NCBI GenBank assembly: GCA_950097015.1
Contig: CATNEN010000008.1
Location: 2,108,001-2,172,000 of the forward strand
Direction: 5' to 3'
Source: Macrostomum hystrix
Taxonomy: Eukaryota; Animalia; Platyhelminthes
Length of the DNA stretch: 64,000 nt
Shown here: piece after piece, positions 1 through 12,029 of the stretch
Position numbering within the stretch: position 1 is the first letter of the stretch
How the letters are laid out: every line of letters begins with the position of its first letter
Program-made: the position numbers and the translations under genes
Notes under the pieces: generated by a model
What the model was told of the DNA's origin: nothing
Seen by the model: the letters and a program-made list of their open reading frames with translations, nothing else
Database searches by the model: none

Positions 1-292
1 TTACTTTTCGACTTAAGCTCGCAAGCCGCTGCACAGTATGGCCGAACTTAATATATGATGCCGCAGCGAGCATTGTGCGCGCACTAAACTAAAGTACTTT
101 TTCGGATGTTTCCGTTCGTTCCACCGCCCAACCCCCACCCCCAACTGCTGCTGCGATGGACAGAATGATAAGCAAGAAAAGAAAATGAAGTCTTTCATTT
201 GTGTGCGCTTGTGGATGTGCACCACATGGCTGTGCCATTGTGAGGTGCTCGTTAAACATTGTAATGAGCATGAGTGAGAGTTATATAGTATA

Positions 293-3200
293 GACGGAGA
301 GATGAGTAGCTATGAGCAGTGAGAGGGAGATGGGATACGGAGAGATGAGTAGCTATGAGCAGTGAGAGGGAGATGGGAGACGGAGAGATGAGTAGCTATG
401 AGCAGTGAGAGGGAGATGGGAGACGGAGAGATGAGTAGCTATGAGTAGTGAGAGGGAGATGGGATACGGAGAGATGAGTAGCTATGAGCAGTGAGAGGGA
501 GATGGGATACGGAGAGATGAGTAGCTATGAGCAGTGAGAGGGAGATGAGAGACGGAGAGATGAGTAGCTATGAGCAGTGAGAGGGAGATGGGAGACGGAG
601 AGATGAGTAGCTATGAGCAGTGAGAGGGAGATGGGATACGGAGAGATGAGTAGCTATGAGCAGTGAGAGGGAGATGGGAGACGGAGAGATGAGTAGCTAT
701 GAGCAGTGAGAGGGAGATGGGATACGGAGAGATGAGTAGCTATGAGCAGTGAGAGGGAGATGGGAGACGGAGAGATGAGTAGCTATGAGCAGTGAGAGGG
801 AGATGAGAGGCGGAGAGATGAGTAGCTATGAGCAGTGAGAGGGAGATGAGACGCGGAGAGATGAGTAGCTATGAGCAGTGAGAGGGAGATGGGATACGGA
901 GAGATGAGTAGCTATGAGCAGTGAGAGGGAGATGGGAGACGGAGAGATGAGTAGCTATGAACAGTGAGAGGGAGATGAGAGGCGGAGAGATGAGTAGCTA
1001 TGAGCAGTGAGAGGGAGATGAGACGCGGAGAGATGAGTAGCTATGAGCAGTGAGAGGGAGATGGGATACGGAGAGATGAGTAGCTATGAGCAGTGAGAGG
1101 GAGATGGGATACGGAGAGATGAGTAGCTATGAGCAGTGAGAGGGAGATGGGAGGCGGAGAGATGAGTAGCTATGAGCAGTGAGAGGGAGATGGGAGACGG
1201 AGAGATGAGTAGCTATGAGCAGTGAGAGAGAGATGGGATACGGAGAGATGAGTAGCTATGAACAGTGAGAGGGAGATGAGAGACGGAGAGATGAGTAGCT
1301 ATGAGCAGTGAGAGGGAGATGGGAGACGGAGAGATGAGTAGCTATGAGCAGTGAGAGGGAGATGGGAGACGGAGAGATGAGTAGCTATGAGCAGTGAGAG
1401 GGAGATGGGATACGGAGAGATGAGTAGCTATGAGCAGTGAGAGGGAGATGGGATACGGAGAGATGAGTAGCTATGAGCAGTGAGAGAGAGATGGGAGACG
1501 GAGAGATGAGTAGCTATGAGCAGTGAGAGAGAGATGGGATACGGAGAGATGAGTAGCTATGAACAGTGAGAGGGAGATGAGAGACGGAGAGATGAGTAGC
1601 TATGAGCAGTGAGAGGGAGATGGGAGACGGAGAGATGAGTAGCTATGAGTAGTGAGAGGGAGATGGGAGACGGAGAGATGAGTAGCTATGAGCAGTGAGA
1701 GGGAGATGGGAGACGGAGAGATGAGTAGCTATGAGCAGTGAGAGGGAGATGAGACGCGGAGAGATGAGTAGCTATGAGCAGTGAGAGGGAGATGGGATAC
1801 GGAGAGATGAGTAGCTATGAGCAGTGAGAGGGAGATGGGATACGGAGAGATGAGTAGCTATGAGCAGTGAGAGGGAGATGGGAGACCGAGAGATGAGTAG
1901 CTATGAGCAGTGAGAGGGAGATGGGAGACCGAGAGTTGAGTAGTGAGAGGGAGATGGGATACGGAGAGATGAGTAGCTATGAGCAGTGAGAGAGAGATGG
2001 GAGACGGAGAGATGAGTAGCTATGAGCAGTGAGAGAGAGATGGGATACGGAGAGATGAGTAGCTATGAACAGTGAGAGGGAGATGGGATACGGAGAGATG
2101 AGTAGCTATGAGCAGTGAGAGGGAGATGGGAGACGGAGAGATGAGTAGCTATGAGCAGTGAGAGGGAGATGGGAGACGGAGAGATGAGTAGCTATGAGTA
2201 GTGAGAGGGAGATGGGAGACGGAGAGATGAGTAGCTATGAGCAGTGAGAGGGAGATGGGAGACGGAGAGATGAGTAGCTATGAGCAGTGAGAGGGAGATG
2301 AGACGCGGAGAGATGAGTAGCTATGAGCAGTGAGAGGGAGATGGGATACGGAGAGATGAGTAGCTATGAGCAGTGAGAGGGAGATGGGATACGGAGAGAT
2401 GAGTAGCTATGAGCAGTGAGAGGGAGATGGGATACGGAGAGATGAGTAGCTATGAGCAGTGAGAGGGAGATGGGAGACGGAGAGATGAGTAGCTATGAGC
2501 AGTGAGAGGGAGATGGGAGGCGGAGAGATGAGTAGCTATGAGCAGTGAGAGGGAGATGAGAGGCGGAGAGATGAGTAGCTATGAGCAGTGAGAGGGAGAT
2601 GAGAGACGGAGAGATGAGTAGCTATGAGCAGTGAGAGGGAGATGGGAGACGGAGAGATGAGTAGCTATGAGCAGTGAGAGGGAGATGGGAGACGGAGAGA
2701 TGAGTAGCTATGAGCAGTGAGAGGGAGATGGGAGACGGAGAGATGAGTAGCTATGAGCAGTGAGAGGGAGATGGGAGACGGAGAGATGAGTAGCTATGAG
2801 CAGTGAGAGGGAGATGGGAGGCGGAGAGATGAGTAGCTATGAGCAGTGAGAGAGAGATGGGAGACGGAGAGATGAGTAGCTATGAGCAGTGAGAGGGAGA
2901 TGAGAGACGGAGAGATGAGTAGCTATGAGCAGTGAGAGGGAGATGGGATACGGAGAGATGAGTAGCTATGAGCAGTGAGAGGGAGATGGGATACGGAGAG
3001 ATGAGTAGCTATGAGCAGTGAGAGGGAGATGGGATACGGAGAGATGAGTAGCTATGAGCAGTGAGAGGGAGATGGGAGACGGAGAGATGAGTAGCTATGA
3101 GCAGTGAGAGGGAGATGGGAGGCGGAGAGATGAGTAGCTATGAGCAGTGAGAGGGAGATGAGAGGCGGAGAGATGAGTAGCTATGAGCAGTGAGAGGGAG

Positions 3201-4670
3201 ATGAGAGACGGAGAGATGAGTAGCTATGAGCAGTGAGAGGGAGATGGGAGACGGAGAGATGAGTAGCTATGAGCAGTGAGAGGGAGATGGGAGACGGAGA
3301 GATGAGTAGCTATGAGCAGTGAGAGGGAGATGGGAGACGGAGAGATGAGTAGCTATGAGCAGTGAGAGGGAGATGGGAGACGGAGAGATGAGTAGCTATG
3401 AGCAGTGAGAGGGAGATGGGAGGCGGAGAGATGAGTAGCTATGAGCAGTGAGAGAGAGATGGGAGACGGAGAGATGAGTAGCTATGAGCAGTGAGAGGGA
3501 GATGAGAGACGGAGAGATGAGTAGCTATGAGCAGTGAGAGGGAGATGGGATACGGAGAGATGAGTAGCTATGAGCAGTGAGAGGGAGATGGGATACGGAG
3601 AGATGAGTAGCTATGAGCAGTGAGAGGGAGATGGGATACGGAGAGATGAGTAGCTATGAGCAGTGAGAGGGAGATGAGAGACCGAGAGATGAGTAGCTAT
3701 GAGCAGTGAGAGAGAGATGGGAGACCGAGAGTTGAGTAGTGAGAGGGAGATGGGATACGGAGAGATGAGTAGCTATGAGCAGTGAGAGGGAGATGGGATA
3801 CGGAGAGATGAGTAGCTATGAGCAGTGAGAGGGAGATGGGAGACGGAGAGATGAGTAGCTATGAGCAGTGAGAGAGAGATGGGATACGGAGAGATGAGTA
3901 GCTATGAACAGTGAGAGGGAGATGAGAGACGGAGAGATGAGTAGCTATGAACAGTGAGAGGGAGATGAGAGACGGAGAGATGAGTAGCTATGAGCAGTGA
4001 GAGAGAGATGGGATACGGAGAGATGAGTAGCTATGAGCAGTGAGAGGGAGATGGGAGACGGAGAGATGAGTAGCTATGAGCAGTGAGAGGGAGATGGGAT
4101 ACGGAGAGATGAGTAGCTATGAGCAGTGAGAGGGAGATGGGATACGGAGAGATGAGTAGCTATGAGCAGTGAGAGAGAGATGGGAGACGGAGAGATGAGT
4201 AGCTATGAGCAGTGAGAGAGAGATGGGAGACGGAGAGATGAGTAGCTATGAGCAGTGAGAGAGAGATGGGATACGGAGAGATGAGTAGCTATGAGCAGTG
4301 AGAGAGAGATGGGAGACGGAGAGATGAGTAGCTATGAGCAGTGAGAGAGAGATGGGATACGGAGAGATGAGTAGCTATGAGCAGTGAGAGAGAGATGGGA
4401 GACGGAGAGATGAGTAGCTATGAGCAGTGAGAGAGAGATGGGAGACGGAGAGATGAGTAGCTATGAGCAGTGAGAGAGAGATGGGATACGGAGAGATGAG
4501 TAGCTATGAGCAGTGAGAGAGAGATGGGAGACGGAGAGATGAGTAGCTATGAGCAGTGAGAGAGAGATGGGAGACGGAGAGATGAGTAGCTATGAGCAGT
4601 GAGAGAGAGATGGGATACGGAGAGATGAGTAGCTATGAGCAGTGAGAGAGAGATGGGAGACGGAGAGATG
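293..4670. repeat. 43-bp minisatellite array, about 100 copies
   Basis: Unit GATGAGTAGCTATGAGCAGTGAGAGGGAGATGGGAGACGGAGA recurs at 301, 344, 387 and onward, with variants confined to a few positions. Confidence 0.98.
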
Positions 4671-5145
4671 TGCAGCTATTAGTTCCTGCGAACCAAGTAA
4701 CAAATGATATAATCGAGTTTATAGAAGCAGGCCTTAAGCTTCGCTCTCTGTTGGTATTTTTCCCCGTGGCTTGTTCGACTTATTAGGTTGCAGCTCTCTG
4801 AGCTGGTTATCTTGCACTGTACTCACGCCATACCATCGTCATAATAAGAAAAAAATTGACCACGTAGGAACGCTTAAGTTTGAGCAGTACAAATAAGCAC
4901 CACGGAAATGTTTACAGACAGACATTTTTTCATGTTTCTGCATCACATGCAACGACAATGTTATACCCAAACATGTAATGTTCGTGTAGACAGGAATTTT
5001 ATTGCATGGCTTAACTGCTACTAAATGTGTTCTGGAGTATTTGAGGACCACAAAATCTAAAGGGGTCCTATTTTGACTGAACAAATGGACAGTTTAACAA
5101 GTCTGTTTTTCGGTCCTGTGTTACATGAGCCGAGCTGAGGAATAA

Positions 5146-6100
5146 CAACAACAACAACAAAGAACTGCTCCCGCCAGCCACGCAGTGGCCAGAGAGGGGG
5201 AGAGCAGTCAGAGAGCGCGTTTCTGGGCCAACGATCTCAAAAAGTCACCCGCTAGCTTGGTCCGGGGCGCCAGCATCACTCAGAAGCCGTTCAGGAAATC
5301 TCGCCGTTCGCCCTTGGCCTCGCCTGCGCGGTCCCTGCAGCTTGAGCAGCAGCACGTCGTGTAGTGGCTCAGGGCAGCGGGCCTCCGACCGGATGACGTG
5401 GCCAGCCAGTCGAAGTCGCCGCCCGCGCAGCAGGTCAGAAGGCCGCGTCAGGCGCGCCCTAGCGTAGAGCGCGGCAGTGGTCTCACTGCCTGGGCCGCTG
5501 CGCACCCCGAACGCCGCACGCAGCATGACCGCATGCGCAGCGTCCAGCTGCCTCTCCAAAGCGTCCGTCAGGGTCCAGGTCTCGGCGTTATACAGCAAGA
5601 CAGTCTCAACGACTGCCTGAAACAGCTGAGCCTTGAGCCCGTCGTCCAGGGCCTCAGATTGGAGTATGGGGCGCACTGAGCGGAGCGCGGCCCAGGCCAG
5701 TCCTCGTCGCCTCACCAGGTCGTCGGCAACGTCTGGCACGAGGCCGCCCGAGGTACAAGAACTGCTGGCAGCGGGTAAGCCTGATTGCTTCTCCAGCAGC
5801 GTCTCGATAGTTGATAGGAACTGGTCCAGCACGGGCTGTAACCGAGCTAGCAGCAACAGCTTTGCGGCGCAGGACATGAGCGAAATCCCCCTGTGCTCCT
5901 CCTTCCGTGTCGTGCCTGGCTTCTTCGGAATCGCAACGATGTGCGCGGTTGTCCACTCACGCGGGGCGCGGCACCTCCAGAGAGCACGCCGTTCATCACG
6001 CGGGCCACCTCAGTGGCGACCCTCGTGACTCGCAGTGCCTCCATAGGTACCTCGTCTGGTCCAGGGGCGCGGCCTCCCGGCGCCCGTCGAGCAAACTGCT
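5146..6100 (-). mobile_element. 5'-truncated, internally deleted, frameshifted non-LTR retrotransposon (RTE/RTEX-like reverse transcriptase remnant)
   Basis: Minus-strand frames give RT N-terminal motifs (APGPDEVPMEAL; W.TAHIVAIPKKP...HRGISLMSCAAKL...ARLQPVLD), then FLYLG and the RTE-type C-terminus (VETVLLYNAETWTLT...RRLRLAGHVIR). A (TTG)n tail reads as CAACAACAA on + at 5146-5160. TGAGGAATAA occurs at both 5136-5145 and 6167-6176 (probable 10-bp TSD). Clade assignment is from motif recognition only. Confidence 0.88.
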
Positions 6101-6130
6101 CGGGCAGTTTGCTCATGTGACAGCTTGAGT

Positions 6131-6164
6131 GCCGTAAAGACGGTCTCTTACTGCGAAGACTCAA
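6131..6164 (+). other. Fragment of the spliced-leader (SL) exon sequence, truncated before its 3'-terminal AUG
   Basis: GCCGTAAAGACGGTCTCTTACTGCGAAGACTCAA matches the first 34 nt of the Macrostomum lignano SL as I recall it (...GACTCAATTTATTGCATG). It is not followed by the SL 3' end or a donor site, so it is not an intact SL RNA gene. Confidence 0.8.
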
Positions 6165-6328
6165 GTTGAGGAATAATAACCTGTTCATTCCTTATCCACA
6201 TTCCTTCTCCACATTAAAGCCTGAGTTTGAATGACAAAACCCGAGATTGAATGGCACAGAGCGATAGTCTATGGACCAAACGGCGCCAACTGGCTGGATT
6301 AATTCTATGGCTGTATGAATGACAAAAA

Positions 6329-6417
6329 CCAAGGACCACTAGAAGAAGACAGGGCCACTAGAGACACACCACTAGAGACAGGGCCATATGCCCTAGTCTT
6401 CTTCTAGTGGTCCTTGG
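6329..6417. repeat. 89-bp inverted-repeat (hairpin/MITE-like) insertion
   Basis: Perfect 22-bp arms at 6329-6350 (CCAAGGACCACTAGAAGAAGAC) and 6396-6417, flanked on both sides by ACAAAA. Confidence 0.75.
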
Positions 6418-8445
6418 ACAAAACACTGAGATTGAATGGCAAAAGCTATACTACTTTCTTCTTTGGCTTAGTTAAATTGAATAAGAAATAACACATTCTA
6501 TGGGCCTAGTCGCGATAAATTTTCTAGATGAATAATGCACTATAACAAGGCAAAATGAAAAAAATAAATTGGAACTAAGTTGCGCATAGTTTGCGACTAA
6601 AAAGTAGTAAAATAATAAGAAATATGTATAGTTATTTGTATTTGCTTAATTATAACACGAGTTTTTTATAAAGATGCTTTAAATTTAATTTAAGCCCAAT
6701 CGATCGCGGACTGCCATTTTAAAATTATGACCCGGTTTTCAGTGTCCTGTTCAGTTCCGAACGACCCTTTTTATATGCGAACTAAAAGAAACGAAATGAT
6801 GTAATGTATGGGCACTCCATAGGCCCTAGTCATGGCATGTACACTGCAATAGGGTATTGTATGATTATAAGGACAGATTTTAGTGTACAATTGCCAAAGA
6901 GCCGCAGCCTTGTCCAAAACCTATTCCACTTAACACTTGCCATAGTCTGGATCACACTAAGTGTCTGCTGTAAAAAATCTGTGAGGCTACAGCGCACCCT
7001 ATAAGTATTTTTTTAACACTTGAAAGAGAAAAGGGGAACAAAATTGGATAATTGTGCAGTGAAACAAAGTCCATTGTCTCTTGTCAAGAACCTTTTTTAC
7101 TTGTTATTAATTGTCATTAGTGCTACACATGCATTGTACCAACCCTAAGCACTAAAGATGCACATCAATAATTTAATGTGATGCAATTGCACTGCACACC
7201 AACCATGTATGCCAAATTCGGCATACAAATATTACAAGATAAATCATAAATGCACACCCAATTTTTTGGGCATATACTTTTACTATATGATCTGGACTAT
7301 TGTACAGTTGCTAATTTCTTAAAATAGCTGAATATGGTAATGATGCTAAGTCACCATTGAATTGAAATTGTGTAAGATTTTTATACTTTCATATTAAGAT
7401 AAATTATTTTCTTTTCTCTAGTTTTTAAACAATATTCAGTTTGTAACACAAAAATGAATATAGTGTTAGGCCCCTAACTTAACTTCTTCTTTTAATATTA
7501 TTAAGTTAAAATTGTTTGTTTTTGTTTTCAATTTTTTGTGTTGTTTGTTTTATTAGCTAATTAAAGAAGAATATATATTTTTGGTTAGTACAATGAGTAA
7601 GCTCAAGAGTAATAGTGTTTGTGTTATGTTATTTCCTTCCATAGCAACCAAATGAAGGCTATGAGAAAAAACTAGAACTTTAATAATGGAAACTAATGTC
7701 ACCTATAGTTATTGTAGGAATTACTTACCATATTATGTGGGATTCAATGCCTATGGATATTAATTAGATAGGCCTATGATTAATTAAATGTATGCTTAAA
7801 ATAGCTAACTTTGTTTGACTTAAATAACCAACACCAGCATTAGGCCTAAAATTATTTCTTGAATATCAACTGAATGTCACAATTTTATGTATACTGTTTT
7901 ATATAGTCAATATATTTTCTAATCTCTGTGGTTAATTTCATACTATACATTTCTATTCATAAAGGGTTTGTCATCCAGGTTCAAAATCTTTGTTGGCATT
8001 AGCTTATCCTAAATCCATATTCTAAATTCGAATCCCAAATAGCATTTCATGATTTTTTATCCTAATTCGAATAGATTCCAATACTTGTTAAAATTATTAC
8101 TATTTTCTTTGTAATTAGCAATATTTTCATTACTGTTTGTAGATACAACACTTAATAGTCAAACAAAAATTTCTCCAGACACTTATATTGATACTTTTTC
8201 TTTTGTATAGTTAGGTATGAAAAGTTTATATTAAGTGATTAAAAAACAATTTTTCATAGTTTTTTGTTCATGAAGGCAGTATAAAATAATATTACTAAAG
8301 TAAATGCATTCACAACCTCATTATTGACATTGATGATACATTGATTGGATTATTAGATAAGACTTAATATTTTTTATCTATGAACTAAGATGCTTTATAA
8401 AATCATAATTTCTAGGCAGTCTTCGATCCCAATCTTGAAACTCCC

Positions 8446-11400
8446 ATGGAGGAGGAGGAGGCTGCAGCAGATAAGGCAACAGAGGTGGAGGTCGCCACAT
8501 CACTAGGCGGTTTCACCCTGGTGCCGGACAAGACGCGCAAGCTGCGCCGTCTCGGCCCAAGTTCCGGCTCAACCTATCGGCCAGAATGGATGCGTCGGCC
8601 AGTTGCCATTGACAACAGTCTAGACAACAGCGGTTCTTTGCTGCCAGTTGATTCGCTTACCTGTCTGCGTCCGGCGTTGCGCGCCGCTCTCCGGTCAACC
8701 GGTTTCGAGCACCTGTTCCCAGTGCAGGCAACCTCTGTGCCGTTGATGCTGGCGTCGCATCGTTTCAGCTGGTCCCGACCTCGCGACTTCGCCGTCTGCG
8801 CTGCCACTGGAAGCGGCAAAACTTTGGCCTATGTGTTGCCAGCTCTGCACCTGCTATTGTCCTGTCGCACCGTTGCATTGCGATGCATCATTGTACTGCC
8901 CGTTAGAGATCTGGCTATGCAGGTTAGTCAAATGCTTTTTGGACCTTTCTTAAACCACTTCTGCAATTAACTAATCATGAACTATTAAAACACCCTTCTT
9001 ATCTATTTTTCTTCTTCCTTATTTTCTCTGTCAACTCTGATTTATTATCACCCGTCCCAACCTCATCCCCGACCCTTCCTCACTTCCGCTCCCTTCCTCA
9101 CTTCCGCTCCCTTCCTCACTTCCGCTCCCTTCCTCATCTCCGCTCCCTTTTCACTTCCGCTCCCTTCCTCACATCCGCTCCCTTCCTCACTTCCGCTCCC
9201 TTTTCACTTCCGCTCCCTTCCTCACCTCAGCTCCCTTCCTAAACTCCGCTCCCTTCCTAAACTCCGCTCCCTTCCTAAACTCCGCTCCCTTCATCACATC
9301 CACTACCTTCCTCACTTCCGCTCCCTCCCTCATCTCCGCTCCCTCCCTCATCTCCGCTCCCTTCCTCACTTCCGCTCCCTTCCTCATCTCCGCTCCCTTT
9401 TCACTTCCGCTCCCTTCCTCACCTCAGCTCCCTTCCTCACCTCAGCTCCCTTCCTAAACTCCGCTCTCTTCCTAAACTCCGCTCCCTTCCTCACCTCCTC
9501 TCCCTTCCTCACTTCCGCTCCCTTCCTCACTTCCGCTCCCTTTTCACTTCCGCTCCCTTCCTCACCTCAGCTCCCTTCCTAAACTCCGCTCTCTTCCTAA
9601 ACTCCGCTCCCTTCCTCACTTCCGCTCCCTTCCTCACTTCCGCTCCCTTCCTCATCTCCGCTCCCTTCCTCATCTTCGCTCCCTTCCTCATCTCCGCTCC
9701 CTTACTCATCTCTGATCCCTTCCTCACCTCAGCTCCCTTCCTCACCTCCTCTACCTTCCTCATCTCCGCTCCCGTCCAGGTGCACCAGGTGTGCACTCGT
9801 CTTCTCGACGCTCTGCCAGAATTCGAATCCGATAGCAGCGAACAGATCCCAGTGTCGGGAGACCAGGAACAAAACCCGCAAAATGAGAAAATCAGTAGAC
9901 GCCCGCGAAAAATCCGTTGTCAACTGTTGGTTGGCGAGCGCAGCCTAGAGAAGGAGCGAGACCAACTGGTTCGCCGCCTGCCAGACGGTAGCTATCAATC
10001 AGGCGCCGACCTGGTCGTGTGCACTCCGGGCCGACTGGCCGATCATCTGCTTAACTGTCCCGGTCTGAGTCTAGCGAAACTGCGACTGCTCATCATTGAC
10101 GAGGCTGACAGGGTGATGGCCGAACAGAAACAAGACTGGTTCGGCTTGCTTGAGAGGCTGCTGGACAGGTATTTCTGCTTTTTTGTCACCTTATTTCTCC
10201 CATAGCCCGTGTTTCGTACAAAAATGATTTGTAGCTTAGTGGTTAGAGCGTCCAACCCATGAATTGAAGGTAGAGGGTTCGATTCCCGACTCCACTGGAA
10301 CAAGTTGTGTCATTCAGCAAGACACTTATATCCGCATTATTTCAGTTCATCCAATTGTTAAATGGGTTCCAGCATTAGCTGGGGTAATTGACGGTAGGTG
10401 TGGCGTCCCACCAATCCATGGACTGAACAGCCGTACGCAGCCTTCAGATGCGCCGCGCAATAGCTGCGTGCTGTCGGCTGCACATCTGGCCCGATTGGGG
10501 CAGGTGTAATCAATTATTACATTCTTACTATTTCTCACATAACCTGTGTTTCTCCCTATTTCTCCCATAACCTGTGTTTCTCCCTATTTATCCCATAACC
10601 TTTGCTTCTCCCTATTTCTCTCATAGCCTTTGTTTCTTCCTTTTTCTTCCCTAGCCTGTGTTTCTCCCTATTTCTCCCATAACCTTTGCTTCTCCCTATT
10701 TCTCCCATAGCCGGTGCTTCTCCCTATTTACCTAAATACCAGATTTTCTCCCCAATAAATTGGAGAATTCTCCCCTCTCTTCTGAATCACTAAATATGCT
10801 CTACTGATTAGCAAGTGATCAGTATCAGTTTTCCCCATCCATTCCGTTCCCTCCCGCAGGCCCAACCCCCATCCCAGCATCTATTCTTGGCTGCACACTG
10901 AGCCGCCGCATCTGCAAAAACTGTTGCTAAGCGCCACCCTGACGCACAATCCGGAACTTTTGCAACGCTTCCGGCTGCACAATCCGCTACTATTGACTGT
11001 CAGCGCCGAGTCAGACAAAGAGCTGGAAGTGTCCGCCGCGCCCGGCCACCTTCGCGAATACTTTGTCCAGTTGAAACCGTCTCAGAAGCCGCTATTCATT
11101 ATCCACCTCGTGCTAGGCTTGGGCCGCAGTCGGGTGCTGTGCTTCACTAATTCTAGGGAGTCCGCGCATCGACTGGCGGCTCTGGTGCGACATTTTGGAG
11201 ATCCCAGAGTCACCTGCGAGGCTGTGTCGGCTAGGCTGCCAGTGAGTGCTCGGCTTTTTAGAATACTTAATTTGTTGGTGACTATTTTCTGGTAAACAGC
11301 GGGAGTAACTATGACTTCATTTGTGTAGATAGTGCCTCGTCATCTTATTAGTAATGTAAACTAGTGTGCATGTTTTTTACGGATAGGTCGGAAGTTCGAA

Positions 11401-12029
11401 TCTTCAGCAATGAGCTGGGAATATCTGAGATAGTTGGGTATGTGGAGCGCCCCCTCCCAGTCCATGGACTGTACAGCTGTACAAAGTCTATGTACGCCGC
11501 TGATAAGGAACAAAAAAATTAACAGTTCTTTGCGCCCACCCCTCGCCCCCAGGTACCAAAACGCGCCCGCATTCTCCGCCGCTTCTCAACTGGCCAGCTC
11601 ACAGTCTTAATCTGCTCGGACAGTATGGCTAGAGGCATGGATCTGCCAAATGTTGACGCCGTTGTCTGTTATGAGAAGCCGGCATCTCTAAGAACCTACG
11701 TGCATAGGGCAGGCCGCACAGCTCGAGCTGGTAAGCCTGGCGCAGCCTATTCCCTTCTGGAGCGTCGGGAAGTTCTGCATTTTAGGCGCATGCTGAGCTC
11801 GGGCGGCAGGCAGGCTAAAGAGATTCGCATGCACTGCAGCAAGACTAAACGATACCAGGTCAGGTACCAGACTGCCTTGAACCGGCTGCACGACGAGGAG
11901 TCCGCCGTTGCCAACACCGATGATGCCGCTGACAGCCAGGCAAAGGAAGGCGTCAAAGTTGAGGATAAAACTGACAGCAAGAAAAAGAAGAAAGGTGTAA
12001 AGAAAAGAAAATTATCAACTGACAATTAA
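8446..12029 (+). CDS. DDX51: ATP-dependent DEAD-box RNA helicase DDX51 (Dbp6 ortholog), 4 exons, about 574 aa
   Basis: Exons 8446-8922, 9780-10168, 10860-11241, 11553-12029, all GT-AG and in frame. Motifs: FPVQ (Q), ATGSGKT (I), PVRDLAMQV (Ia), TPGRL, IIDEAD (II), LQKLLLSATLTHNP (III, DDX51-type), LCFTNS, SDSMARGMD (V), YVHRAGRTARAG (VI), plus a Lys-rich C-terminus. Confidence 0.93.
9075..9772. repeat. 18-bp pyrimidine-rich minisatellite in DDX51 intron 1
   Basis: Unit CTCCCTTCCTCACTTCCG, running to within about 8 nt of the acceptor AG at 9778-9779. Confidence 0.95.
10231..10518 (+). mobile_element. tRNA-derived SINE with CORE-like central domain (copy 1, DDX51 intron 2)
   Basis: A box GTAGCTTAGTGGTTAGAGC and B box GGTTCGATTCCC. 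The middle TGTGTCATTCAGCAAGACACTTA...TTCAGTTCATCCAATTGTTAAATGGG resembles the MIR CORE domain. It is co-linear with the copy at 34312-34621. Confidence 0.85.
10538..10735. repeat. 28-bp minisatellite in DDX51 intron 2
   Basis: Unit CATAACCTGTGTTTCTCCCTATTTCTCC, about 7 copies. Confidence 0.9.

Noticed and set aside
4839-5084. 81-aa minus-strand ORF beside the LINE
   Set aside because: It is AT-rich, has a TTG start, and shows no recognisable homology or clear splice signals.
6131-6200. Possible functional SL RNA gene, or a ribozyme (three-way junction fold)
   Set aside because: The SL match stops before TTTATTGCATG, and there is no donor site or Sm-site-containing intron part. No hammerhead (CUGANGA/GAAA), HDV or twister core is present, and the fold is explained by the SL's own stems plus snap-back filler.
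10231-10305. tRNA gene calls at the SINE heads (also 17538-17602 and 34550-34621)
   Set aside because: A and B boxes are present, but there is no intact cloverleaf or acceptor stem, and the sequence continues into a shared SINE body.
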